This document shows, one piece after another, positions 1 to 11,216 of a stretch of DNA of 64,000 nt. Origin of the DNA: Candidatus Palauibacter poriticola (GTDB lineage Bacteria > Gemmatimonadota > Gemmatimonadetes > Palauibacterales > Palauibacteraceae); the NCBI GenBank assembly GCA_012270965.1, contig JAAXHJ010000044.1, positions 18,311 to 82,310 of the forward strand, written 5' to 3'. The stretch's first letter is position 1; every line of letters starts with the position of its first letter. The position numbers were made by a program, and so were the translations under genes. Under the pieces are notes generated by a model. The model saw nothing but the letters and a program-made list of their open reading frames with translations. It had not been told where the DNA came from and made no database searches.

Positions 1-1180
1 CCCTGTACTGGACCAGGTACGGCACGTCGAACTCATCGTATTCGACGAACCACGGCGTCTCCCAATCCGGCCAGATCAGATAGTTCTCTTCTGGCGGTTC
101 CAACCGTCCGATGAGCTGGCCGGACGTATCCAGCACCACCCACTCGGCCGAGTTCATCCCCGTACGCAGCAGTAACCAAGTGGTGCCGTCTTCTCCGGCC
201 CGGGCGCTGCGGACTGGCGGAAAAAACCGCGGCTCGCTGAAGGCCTCCTCCACGGCCCGACGATAACGGGCAAGGTCGACACCGGTACTGGCCCTTTGAA
301 CCCAGTCCTCCACTCGCCGGGATAGCCACTCATCGGTGACCCGTATGGGATCGTACGAATAATCACGAACCCAAGCGGTGTCCCCCTCAGCGTCGAACCG
401 GACGACTCGGTAGGTATGGGGGTCAGCCTCGTTCGCCACTTCCCGGTGAACAACCACGAGCCCCAACCCGTATCGCGAAGCCGTCGCCACTGAACGGTCG
501 TATACCGGCCGCACACCGAAATCCCGCCAGCCGGGTCGCCCTTGAATCTCGACTACGAAGGGTAAACCAACGACCGCCGACACGGTGTCGAGACGCGGGT
601 TTTGGTGATCGAGTCGGATCACGTGGTCGGGCCGGCGCGGGTCGGCGACGACCTCGTGGGCGTAACGCTCGGCACGGACGAGCAGGGACCCGTCGCCAAA
701 CATTCCGATCACATCCCAACGTCCGGGCGGCAGAGAGGGATGGCTCCAGATCGGTACCGATCTTGCGTAGCGATACTCCGCATCGAAGAACTGGACGCGC
801 CCGAGGTCCCCATCGGCGACCCAGAGCAACCCATCGTGAAGACCCATGGCGTCCAGCGACTCGAACTCCCCCGGCCCTCCTCCACGACCCCCTATGGAAC
901 CCAGAGGGGCACCGTCCACCGAAAGCACGCGAATGCGGTGTTCAAGCGGTTCCTCTACGAGGATTCTATCGCCATCGACGATCACGTCTCCAACGCTGGA
1001 GAAACCCCTCTCTGCGTCCAAAGCATCGCCAATCGTCGCGCCGCGCTCTAGAATCCACGTTGGCACTTGGCTCCAGACGGCGGCAGGCTCCGCCGCGCCG
1101 AAGGCGTAGAATCCCAGAATCCACCGTATGACGCCTGCCGGTGTCGTGCCTCTCCGCACCCACCTCTTCCTCTTCGTCAT
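1..1180 (-). CDS. Beta-propeller (NHL-like / six-bladed) family protein, paralog of 11217..12401. Start ATG at 1180; the 3' end runs off the window edge.
   Basis: Hand translation of the minus strand from 1180 gives MTKRKRWVRRGTTPAGVIRWILGFYAFGAAEPAAVWSQVPTWILERGATIGDALDAERGFSSVGDVIVDGDRILVEEPLEHRIRVLSVDGAPLGSIGGRGGGPGEFESLDAMGLHDGLLWVADGDLGRVQFFD... with no stop down to at least 600. It is not in the ORF track because it runs off the edge. It shares the GRRGGGPGEF / LWV.D...V.FFD motifs with the 11217..12401 protein. Confidence 0.6.
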   Translation of the reverse strand, partial: MTKRKRWVRRGTTPAGVIRWILGFYAFGAAEPAAVWSQVPTWILERGATIGDALDAERGFSSVGDVIVDGDRILVEEPLEHRIRVLSVDGAPLGSIGGRGGGPGEFESLDAMGLHDGLLWVADGDLGRVQFFDAEYRYARSVPIWSHPSLPPGRWDVIGMFGDGSLLVRAERYAHEVVADPRRPDHVIRLDHQNPRLDTVSAVVGLPFVVEIQGRPGWRDFGVRPVYDRSVATASRYGLGLVVVHREVANEADPHTYRVVRFDAEGDTAWVRDYSYDPIRVTDEWLSRRVEDWVQRASTGVDLARYRRAVEEAFSEPRFFPPVRSARAGEDGTTWLLLRTGMNSAEWVVLDTSGQLIGRLEPPEENYLIWPDWETPWFVEYDEFDVPYLVQYR

Positions 1181-1196
1181 CGGACCCCCGTCGGCC

Positions 1197-1709
1197 TCAA
1201 ATGGTGATTCGCCGAAGGTTCGAACGGATCTCCGCAGCCCGAGAAGGCACGTAGTCTCTTTCAATGATAGCGCCGGTACAGGAGTGACGTCTGACCGCCG
1301 GAGGACTCGCGGCCGGTCGCTCTTCGCGATGCCGCCCGTCAAGAAACCCACTACTCGTCCGGGGGGCGAAACGCGTCTCCGGCGGAGTGACAACCGCATA
1401 GTGTCGCGAGACTCGGCCGTGTGGACCGATGGCCAGGGCGCAATCCCCCACGCCGTTCTCGTCCGTGCTGATGGTGCACTGGTCGTAGGTCGGCCGGTCG
1501 CACGACAGGCCGCCGTTGGTTTTTGCGATGCCGCAGTTCATCCAGGCGTCACGCTTGCGCCCTTCGGCGTTGGGATCGCCCTTCTCAACCTTACACACCG
1601 CGCATGGGGCGGAGGTCGCCTGAGCCGCCGCTGGCTCGGGAGCCGCAGCGTACAAGAGCGGGATCAGTACCACGAGGAACGGGAGCGGGGACAACAATCG
1701 GCGCAGCAT
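1197..1709 (-). CDS. Small secreted cysteine-rich protein (170 aa), paralog of 12398..12895.
   Basis: Signal peptide MLRRLLSPLPFLVVLIPLLYAAAPEPAAAQA, then 8 Cys. The C-terminal block RRHSCTGAIIERDYVPSRAAEIRSNLRRITI aligns with RRRCDGGIIARRYSASEAQAIFASTIRIRI of the 12398..12895 protein. The overlapping plus-strand ORF 1128..1739 is featureless. Confidence 0.5.
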   Translation of the reverse strand: MLRRLLSPLPFLVVLIPLLYAAAPEPAAAQATSAPCAVCKVEKGDPNAEGRKRDAWMNCGIAKTNGGLSCDRPTYDQCTISTDENGVGDCALAIGPHGRVSRHYAVVTPPETRFAPRTSSGFLDGRHREERPAASPPAVRRHSCTGAIIERDYVPSRAAEIRSNLRRITI

Positions 1710-1740
1710 CGTGACGCGTCCTTTCGTCAAGGGTTCTGAC

Positions 1741-2073
1741 CTAACAACCTGATGTGACCGGAATCCGCCAGCGCCACGAGTAGACGACGAGTTCGCTTTC
1801 CTCGAACGTCCGGAGGGCCACCATGATGGGGGCTTGCGACGCGGTGCCGACGAAACCGAACGGGGCGGCAACCAGGCGCTGCGACAGCACGCCACCACCG
1901 GCATCGTAGGTGACGAGGAGCCTCCCGTCGCTCGTGACATCCGCGATCACTTGGAGGAAGCCGGGATCGAGATGGAGGGCGCTCAGGGCGAGCCAGTTCG
2001 GAGGCAGTTCGCCCTCCCCCTCCCCGGTCGGTGGTGGGTCCGGCTGCATGGACGCGACCACCTCTCCGTTCAT
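1741..2073 (-). CDS. C-terminal third of a split propeller paralog. Its ATG overlaps the TGA of the upstream piece (ATGA).
   Basis: MNGEVVASMQPD...LHLDPGFLQV...ESELVVYSWRWR aligns with the contiguous C-terminus of the 12892..13983 protein (..LHLDPGIWN...TELVKYSWERV). Confidence 0.45.
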   Translation of the reverse strand: MNGEVVASMQPDPPPTGEGEGELPPNWLALSALHLDPGFLQVIADVTSDGRLLVTYDAGGGVLSQRLVAAPFGFVGTASQAPIMVALRTFEESELVVYSWRWRIPVTSGC

Positions 2074-2810
2074 CTCATCGCGATCCTCCAGACGGTGTGG
2101 GGCGGATCCCGGAACGCGACGAGCGCATCGGCCTCCGCGACCGCCAGGAAGATGCGGTCCGTCGATGGCCAGAGTGGCGCCACGAACGTCGAACGGGACA
2201 TCCCGCCGTTGCCGTCGGGCACGAAGTGAAGTTCCGTCCCGTCGGACGAGGAGGAGGGCGCGAGGAACCACCAGCCGCCCGGTCCCCGTACGGCCGAGTG
2301 AACCTCCGCCGACGCGGGAGATTCAACCCGCTTGGTGGGCGGAGCGGCCCACGCCATGTGTGACATCGTCCCGTCGGAGTGAACCATCTCGCCCGTGCTT
2401 CGGCCAAGGAAACGGCCACCGACGACCGGTCGGAAAGCGGGCAGCGTTCGGGGCTCCGCGTCCGACCCGTCGTAGAGAAGCACGGTCGGCGCGCGCGCCG
2501 ACCAAGCCAGCAGGCGATCCCCCTCCCTCGAGAGAACGGCACCGCCAACGGTCACGCCGGGCGGCACCCGGTGGGTGCGCATTTGCTCGAGTTCCAAGAC
2601 GGGCTTCTGGCGAGAAGCAGTCGAAGCGCCGGCGAGCCCGGAAGCCGGTGCCGAGAGGAGTGTCCAGAAGCCGGTGATGACCGTCCATGCGTGGACGTCT
2701 CGTCGAAAGCGGTACCAAGCCAACATGGTTTTCGTCTTCCCAAATCCTCGAACTCGGGGGGAACCGGCCAGCGTGTGAAGAAACCTCGATGGGTCGGTTT
2801 GCGGAGACAA
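2070..2810 (-). CDS. N-terminal two-thirds of a split propeller paralog (signal-peptide-like MLAWYRF...ITGFWTLLSAPASGLAGA; alternative start about 2726).
   Basis: VLELEQMRTHRVPPGVTVGGAVLSREGDRLLAWS aligns with SIELTEQSSVTIPDGRLLRGAVLSPSGELIVAWF of the 12892..13983 protein. It ends ...TVWRIAMR*, where the intact paralog continues in frame (RVWRIGGVTDQ...). Confidence 0.5.
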   Translation of the reverse strand: MSPQTDPSRFLHTLAGSPRVRGFGKTKTMLAWYRFRRDVHAWTVITGFWTLLSAPASGLAGASTASRQKPVLELEQMRTHRVPPGVTVGGAVLSREGDRLLAWSARAPTVLLYDGSDAEPRTLPAFRPVVGGRFLGRSTGEMVHSDGTMSHMAWAAPPTKRVESPASAEVHSAVRGPGGWWFLAPSSSSDGTELHFVPDGNGGMSRSTFVAPLWPSTDRIFLAVAEADALVAFRDPPHTVWRIAMR

Positions 2811-3672
2811 GGCGACGAAACGTATGAAGATGGCGCAAATCGACTACTTGTCGGTCGAATCGAATGATCGGACCAAGTCGGGCGGTGGCCCCCCCCCCCG
2901 AAGATTTTCCGAAAGCGAGGCCCAAGACGGGCTGGACATGCCGTACCGTAAACGCCGCGAGCAGCTGATCGGGAGGAATCCCCGGAAGCGCGCCGGGGGT
3001 GCAGCCAGGCCAAGTCCGCACCCTCCGGTTCACCGTTGCGCGACGGATTCCCGTGCGGGCGGTCACGCGCTTCCAGCCCAACCCGGAGCGGCGAAGCTCG
3101 TGCGCCCGGAGAATCGCGAGACCACCCAGCAGTCCGCCAAGGGTCGTCTCGCCTCGGGCGCAAGCCCGGAACTGCTGGAACAGCGTGACGGGAGCACAGC
3201 CGACGGCTTCCGCCAACTCTCTCACGTTGCGCACGGGTCGCGAGGCGGCCTGACGCACGGCATATACGAGAGCGCGGCGAAGAGCTCGGGGAATCTCGGC
3301 TCGTTCGAAAGCCGCCGCCAGGCACAACAGCCCCGACGTGACGCGCACCGCATCAAGCCGGGATGGCAGCCGGGTCCGCAGTGCCGGAAACCAGACAAGC
3401 GCCGATACGCGCACGGCAACCAACAGCTCGGCGACTTTGGGATGGCGGTCGGTCACGAGCACGACCGGCACCCACGGGCGCTCGCGTTCAAGTTTCCCCA
3501 GTAGATCGAGTCTCTCGCGGAGCCGATGTCTCCTGCAGGCAATGATCACGGCTTGGGCATCCCGGGTCCGCGCAACAAGCTCGCCCTCGGAGTCCGCCAC
3601 GTGCACAGCCCGGCCGGCTGCCCTGCCGATCTCCCGAATCTCCCAGGGCGTATCCGCAAGAACCAAAATCAT
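2323..3672 (-). CDS. Transcriptional regulator with a receiver-like N-terminal domain (no phospho-acceptor Asp) and an AraC-type HTH. As given, the ORF reads through a G11 tract and into the propeller gene. The true 3' end is probably near 2844.
   Basis: MILVLADTPWEIREIGRAAGRAVHVADSEGELVARTRDAQAVIIACRR...VPVVLVTD has a receiver fold. ...VRELAEAVGCAPVTLFQQFRACARGETTLGGLLGGLAILRAHELRRSGLGWKRVTARTGIRRATVNRRVRTW is AraC-type. Downstream of about residue 225 the product is low-complexity and overlaps 2070..2810 in another frame. Confidence 0.5.
   Translation of the reverse strand: MILVLADTPWEIREIGRAAGRAVHVADSEGELVARTRDAQAVIIACRRHRLRERLDLLGKLERERPWVPVVLVTDRHPKVAELLVAVRVSALVWFPALRTRLPSRLDAVRVTSGLLCLAAAFERAEIPRALRRALVYAVRQAASRPVRNVRELAEAVGCAPVTLFQQFRACARGETTLGGLLGGLAILRAHELRRSGLGWKRVTARTGIRRATVNRRVRTWPGCTPGALPGIPPDQLLAAFTVRHVQPVLGLAFGKSSGGGATARLGPIIRFDRQVVDLRHLHTFRRLVSANRPIEVSSHAGRFPPSSRIWEDENHVGLVPLSTRRPRMDGHHRLLDTPLGTGFRARRRFDCFSPEARLGTRANAHPPGAARRDRWRCRSLEGGGSPAGLVGARADRASLRRVGRGAPNAARFPTGRRWPFPWPKHGRDGSLRRDDVTHGVGRSAHQAG
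2889..2899. repeat. Homopolymeric tract C11 (G11 on the minus strand).
   Basis: Read directly from the sequence: ggcggtggccccccccccccgaag. Confidence 0.85.
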
Positions 3673-3833
3673 ATCGGCCCAATCTTCCGATGAGGTCGTG
3701 CGTGACCGCGGCGGAGTCTACGGCGTCTGCGGTAGGCCGGGCAACGCGGCGCATCTTGACTCGGCGCGTGTTGACTCGGCGCCGTGTCGGCCCCCCGGTG
3801 TGTAGTGGCGCGGCGGAAGCCGGGATTCCGGCG

Positions 3834-6305
3834 CTACTCGCCGTAGGGGACCCAGATGTTCTTGATCTGGGAGGCGCGGCGCAGGAACTCGCGCCCCTCG
3901 CCTCCGGGGCCGAACCAATTCCGGCCTCGATCCGCGTGCGCCCAGGTGCGCTTGAGGTTCGAGGCGGAACGCCGTTCCACATCGGCGGCACCCCCCTCCG
4001 ACCCGAAGTACCACATCCCGTCGACCGCGTCGTGCTCGGCGAGGATCGGCCGAAGTTCGTCCTCCAGGCCGGTCAGGATGTTGATGACGCCGGGAGGAAC
4101 ATCCGACGTCTCAAGCACGGGATAGGAATCCGTGGCCAACAGCGGCCACCGCTCCGAGGCCACGGCGACGACGGAGTTCCCGAGCGCGACGGGCGGGATC
4201 ACGCTGGAGATGAACCCCAGCAGTGCGGGCTCGACCGGACACACGACCGCCATCGTACCGAGCGGTTCGGGCATGGCGAGCGTCACGTTGCGGAAGGGCG
4301 TACGGTGGACGGCCCCGTCCCATTTGTCCGCCCAGGCCGCATAGGTGAACAGCCGGCGCACGGACGCCTCCACCTCGCACGCCGCGGCCTCGACGCCACA
4401 GCCCGTCAGAGTGCGCAGCCGCTCCTCGAACGACGTCCGCCGCGCCGAGAGGTTCTCCGCCACGTAGTAGAGGATCTGCGCCCGCAGGTGCGCCGTCGTA
4501 CCGTCCCACCCGCTGGCGAGCGCCGCCTCCACCGCGTTGCGGACATCCTTGCGGTTTCCGCGCGCCACTTCTCCCGCCGGGCACCCCGCATGGTCGCGGA
4601 CCGCAAGACTGTACCCGCCGTCCGGCCGCGCCTGCCGCCCCCCGATGTAGAGCTTCGCCGTGCGGTCGACCGGGGGCGGCGACCCGCGAGCCGGCGCTTC
4701 GCCGCCCGGCGCCGCAGTGCCCGCCTCCGCAGGATCCGCCTCCGCAATGTCCGCCTCCGCAATGTCCGCCTCCGCAGCGAGCGCCGAACCCGCCGCACGG
4801 CCCGCCGCGCGCCCCTCCGCGTCGACCGCCCGGCGCGGGCGGACGTACTCCCACAGGCCCTCCCGGCCGCCCTCGCGGCCGAATCCGCTCTCGCGGTAGC
4901 CGCCGAACCCGGACGCGGCGTCGAACACGTTCGTGCAGTTGATCCAGACCGTCCCGGCCTTGATCTGAGAGGCGATGTCGAGGGCGAGGTTCACGTTCTC
5001 CGTCCAGACGCTCGCCGCGAGGCCGTAGCGCGTGTTGTTCGCGAGCGCGACAGCCTCCGCCGGCGTGCGGAAGGTCATCTGAACCACGACCGGACCGAAG
5101 ATCTCGACCTGGGCGATCCGCGCGGCCGGCGACACGTCCGTGCAAAGGGTCGGCGGGTAGAACCACCCGTCCCGGGGCACGCTCCAGGACGGTTGCCAGA
5201 CCGCGGCGCCCTCCTCGCGTCCCTCTGCGACGAGCGACTCGATCTTCTTCAACTGGACCGGCGCGATGATCGCGCCGATGTCGACGCCCTTGTCGAGCGG
5301 GGCCCCCATGCGGAGCGTCTCCATGCGGGCGCGCAGGCGGTCGGCGAGCGCGTCGGCGATCCCCTCGTGGGCGAGGATCCGCGATCCGGCGCAGCACACC
5401 TGTCCCTGGTTGAACCAGATCGCGTCGACCACGCCCTCGACCACGCTGTCGAGGTCCGCGTCGTCGAACACCACGAAGGGCGACTTCCCGCCGAGTTCCA
5501 GCGAGATCTTCTTGCCCGTCCCCACCGTCGCCTCGCGAATGAGGCGTCCGACCTCCGTCGAGCCCGTGAAGGCGATCTTGTCGACATCCGGATGATCGAC
5601 GATCGCGGCACCCGTGCGGCTATCGCCGGTCACGATGTTCACGACGCCCGGCGGGAGATCGATGTCGCGGCAGAGTTCCGCGAACCGGAGCGCCGTCAGC
5701 GAGGTGAACTCGGCGGGCTTGAGGACGACGGTGTTCCCGGTCGCGAGGGCGGGCGCGATCTTCCAAGCGAGCATGAGCAGCGGGAAGTTCCAGGGGATGA
5801 TCTGGCCCGCGACGCCGAGCGGCTCGCAGTCCGCGAGTTCGCCGTCCATGAGCTGAGCCCAGCCCGCGTGGTGATAGAAGTGCCTCGCGGCGAGCGGAAT
5901 GTCGATATCGCGCGATTCGCGGATGGGCTTGCCGTTGTCGAGCGTCTCGAGCGTCGCGAAGAGCCGGGAGTGCTTCTGCAGGTGACGGGCGATCGCGTAC
6001 AGGTGGCGCGCCCGCCCGTGTCCCCCGAGATCCCGCCAGGTCGCCTGGGCCGCCCGCGCCGCCGCCACCGCGCGGTCCACATCGCCGCCCCCCCCCTGCG
6101 CAATCTCGCCCAGTTGCTCTTCGGTGCTCGGGTCGAAAGTCGCGAAGAACCCGCCGTCCGCCGGTTCGCACCAAGCGCCGCCGATGTAGTGCCCGAAGCG
6201 GGGACCCCGTTCCCCGATCCACGCGCGCGCCTCATCGGCGGCCTCCGGGGCGGGACCGTACTCCATCGTCTCGAACAGTTCCGCGATCTTCGGCATCTGT
6301 TTCAA
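3834..6305 (-). CDS. Aldehyde dehydrogenase family protein with two tandem ALDH-like domains joined by an AEADI-repeat linker.
   Basis: The N-terminal domain has ELGGKSP, IWFNQGQVCCAGSRIL and PWNFPL motifs. The second half (KLYIGG...VAENL...MAMPEPLGTMAVVCP...) is a second ALDH-like fold. The DNA repeat gcctccgcaatgtccgcctccgcaatgtccgcctccgcagc lies at about 4730-4790. Confidence 0.8.
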   Translation of the reverse strand: MKQMPKIAELFETMEYGPAPEAADEARAWIGERGPRFGHYIGGAWCEPADGGFFATFDPSTEEQLGEIAQGGGGDVDRAVAAARAAQATWRDLGGHGRARHLYAIARHLQKHSRLFATLETLDNGKPIRESRDIDIPLAARHFYHHAGWAQLMDGELADCEPLGVAGQIIPWNFPLLMLAWKIAPALATGNTVVLKPAEFTSLTALRFAELCRDIDLPPGVVNIVTGDSRTGAAIVDHPDVDKIAFTGSTEVGRLIREATVGTGKKISLELGGKSPFVVFDDADLDSVVEGVVDAIWFNQGQVCCAGSRILAHEGIADALADRLRARMETLRMGAPLDKGVDIGAIIAPVQLKKIESLVAEGREEGAAVWQPSWSVPRDGWFYPPTLCTDVSPAARIAQVEIFGPVVVQMTFRTPAEAVALANNTRYGLAASVWTENVNLALDIASQIKAGTVWINCTNVFDAASGFGGYRESGFGREGGREGLWEYVRPRRAVDAEGRAAGRAAGSALAAEADIAEADIAEADPAEAGTAAPGGEAPARGSPPPVDRTAKLYIGGRQARPDGGYSLAVRDHAGCPAGEVARGNRKDVRNAVEAALASGWDGTTAHLRAQILYYVAENLSARRTSFEERLRTLTGCGVEAAACEVEASVRRLFTYAAWADKWDGAVHRTPFRNVTLAMPEPLGTMAVVCPVEPALLGFISSVIPPVALGNSVVAVASERWPLLATDSYPVLETSDVPPGVINILTGLEDELRPILAEHDAVDGMWYFGSEGGAADVERRSASNLKRTWAHADRGRNWFGPGGEGREFLRRASQIKNIWVPYGE

Positions 6306-6324
6306 CCCCCTCTCAACCCGACCC

Positions 6325-7368
6325 TCACCCCAGCGGGTGCCGGTGGTAGGCGGAATACCGCCCCGTCGCCCGGTGCTCCAATTGGCGTTCGATGTCCGCG
6401 AGCAGTGAACTCGCGCCGAATCGGAACAGCGACCGGTCGAGCCATTCCCCGCCCAGCTCCTCCTTCACCAAGATCAGCCATTCGAGCGCCTGCTTCGCCC
6501 TCCCCACTCCGCCGGCCGGCTTCAGGCCCACGTGGAAGCCGGAAAGCCGCCGGTAGGCGCGGACCGCGCGCGCCATCACGAGTCCGGCCGGGAGCGTGGC
6601 GTTGACCTTCTCCTTGCCCGTCGAGGTCTTGATGAAGTCGGCGCCGGCCATCATGCACGTCCAGCTCGCGCGGGCGACGTTGCGCAGGCTCCCGAGTTCG
6701 CCCGTGGCCATGATCGTCTTCAGATGGGCCCCGCCGCACGCCTCGCGGAAGGCGCGGACCTCGTCGTACAGCGCCTCCCAGCCGCCCGTGAGCACGTGGC
6801 GGCGGGTGATGACGATGTCGATTTCGCGCGCCCCGGCCTCGACCGCCTCGCCGATCTCCTCGACCCGCTGCGCGAAGGGCGTGAGCCCGGCGGGGAAACC
6901 GGCGGCGACCGCGCACACCGGGATGTCGTCGCCGGCGAGCGCCTCGACGACGGCCGGCACCAGCGTCGGATACACGCAGACGGAGGCCACGCGCAGGCCG
7001 AGATCCTCGGCCCCCAGCGCGCGGAGGAGATCGGGACGCACGGGCTGGCGGGCCTTGGCGGCGAGGCGGGCCACCCGTCCCGGGGTGTCGTCTCCGGCGA
7101 GCGTCGTGAGGTCGATCATCGTCACGGCGCGGAGGAGCCAGGCGGTCTGCCACTCCTTCTTGATGCTGCGGCGCTTCCCCAGCGTGGCGGCCCTGCGCTC
7201 GATCGCGCTGCGGTTCGCGGCCTGATCCCGGATCAGATCCAGATCGAGCGGCGTCCCGGCGTTTCGCCCTCGCATGGGGACGACGGCGGCCTTCGCGCCG
7301 GCGCGAACCCGGCGGGGAGATGAAGTGCCGTCCCGGGGTGGGTTCCCGCGTTCCGTCGCTCTGTTCAT
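6325..7368 (-). CDS. deoC: Deoxyribose-phosphate aldolase, long (DERA-like) form. Probable start is the M at 7275.
   Basis: WLLRAVTMIDLTTLAGDDT, ASVCVYP, EIDIVI, LKTIMATGEL and ADFIKTSTG motifs. It lies 20 bp upstream of the ALDH gene on the same strand. Confidence 0.8.
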   Translation of the reverse strand: MNRATERGNPPRDGTSSPRRVRAGAKAAVVPMRGRNAGTPLDLDLIRDQAANRSAIERRAATLGKRRSIKKEWQTAWLLRAVTMIDLTTLAGDDTPGRVARLAAKARQPVRPDLLRALGAEDLGLRVASVCVYPTLVPAVVEALAGDDIPVCAVAAGFPAGLTPFAQRVEEIGEAVEAGAREIDIVITRRHVLTGGWEALYDEVRAFREACGGAHLKTIMATGELGSLRNVARASWTCMMAGADFIKTSTGKEKVNATLPAGLVMARAVRAYRRLSGFHVGLKPAGGVGRAKQALEWLILVKEELGGEWLDRSLFRFGASSLLADIERQLEHRATGRYSAYHRHPLG

Positions 7369-7582
7369 GATGCGTCGTTCATGAGGCGTCCATGGGTGTC
7401 GATGATCGCTGGGAGAAGGCCATCGGTAGAATATCGCTCGGATGCCGAACTCGGGCGAATGAATCTCCCGCTTGGAGGACGGCGATGTCTACGGCGAGGC
7501 GCCGGCGGTTGCTTGACGCCCGGCCGCCCGCGGGCCGAAGCTGTTGCCCGGACGCCCGTGAGAGAGTTCGCTGGAGCCGTGA

Positions 7583-9811
<2,229 letters not shown>

Positions 9812-9848
9812 CCGCGGCCTGCCGTCCGGCACCAGGTGAGGACTTCCG

Positions 9849-10940
9849 TCACCGAACCGGCAAGCCGCGCAGGGTCGGCGTGGGCTTTCGTCGCGGAAGC
9901 TCAGCTTCGCGATGCGCCAAGCGGGAAACTGCTGTTCCGGAGAAGGTAGAGATGCCTGCCACCACCCAGAACCCGCGAGTCCTCCGGCAATGGCACCTCC
10001 TCGTCGAGCTTCCGGCCGGTTCGCCGGTCGAGTCGCCCGCCACGACGGCCGGAAAGCGCGCCAACGAACCCAATACGGGTTGTTCTATGGGTACGTACGG
10101 GAGCCGATACGCGCTCCAAGCGGCCTCGTTGGCCGTCCACCGATGGAATAGCAGAGGACGCCGGACGAACCGCGAAACCCCCTCATCCGACGCGCCCAGG
10201 CTTACGGACAGCAGCAGATCGTCGTCCACGGACGCGACGCGTATCGGGGTCCCGGGCCACCGCAGGATCGTGTCGGGCAGCAGGGCGCTCGTGAGGTAGG
10301 TGAGCCGACCCTATCCCGAGTCGAGCACCACGAAGCGACCGGAGGACGTCTCGGCCAGGCCGGCGATGCCCGGAACGCGAACGGGGCCCTCGCCGAAGCG
10401 TCCGAACGCCGCCTCGAGCCGCCCCCGCGCATCATAGGCGCGGACCTTGCGCCAAGGCCGCCAGACCGTTGATCCGCTGGAATTCGACCGGCCCCTCGCC
10501 GAATCGTCCAAGGGCCGCGTCGCGCCGTCCGTCCTCAACACCTTGCCAAGAACGATCCGCATCGCTCCACTTCCCGTATCGGGCGCACCCCCGGCATGCC
10601 GCGACCGCCAGCACCGTCGGCGAACGGAGCGAGGCGCAGCAAACCGTGGATCCTCCCGCAGAACAGCCACCATCGACCTCTCACCCCCGATCCCGCGCTC
10701 GTCGCGGCTCGGTTTGTCCGGAAGCGCGGTCCCGGCCGGACCGGGGAGCTCGGGACGATAGTGCGAACACAGTTCCGGATTCCCAAAAAGCACCCGCCCG
10801 CGGGACCTGCCGACAATCCACCGCTGAACGGCAGACACCCCGACGGTACGCCGGAACCGCCATAACAAACGCCGATTGCGCGTACAAGGCTCGCCGACCG
10901 CACCGAGGGTGCGGGGCGGGCGCAATCGGATCACCGACGC
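9849..10940 (-). pseudogene. Decayed fragments of a propeller-family paralog.
   Basis: Frame-broken pieces encode AYDARGRLEAAFGRFGEGPVRVPGIAGLAETSSGRFVVLDSG and AALGRFGEGPVEFQRINGLAALAQG, which match the FDHRGRFAQTLGRRGGGPGEFIAPLLMGWYSSELWVSD blade motif. There is no long intact ORF. Confidence 0.35.
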
Positions 10941-11216
10941 GGGCGGCCTGGTCGTGGTTCGAAGGCTGTGGGAGGCGGTGGGGCCGAGCGGCAGGATCGA
11001 CGGACGGCGCGGGAGCGTTGCCGGCCGCTACCGACCGTCGCTGATGGTGGAGCCGTGGGGTGGGTGCTGCTGCCGTAAGGCGGCGGCGTGACAGACCACC
11101 TGCCGCTTCCGGAGCGATGTCGGTTAGACAGATCGCAACCGGCGACCCGGCCGGAAACCGTGGCGCGCCCCAGCGTCGCGTCGGCCCGGCAAGGCAGCCG
11201 TCGGTTCCGCGACCCA

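Noticed and set aside
3690-6605. 971-aa plus-strand ORF.
   Set aside because: It is antisense to the well-supported ALDH gene and its product is Arg/Pro-rich low complexity, which is typical of spurious ORFs in 70%-GC DNA. The same reasoning applies to 7616..9832, 17293..19878, 21509..24970, 36341..37348, 37656..39419, 37960..38928 and 46888..49767.
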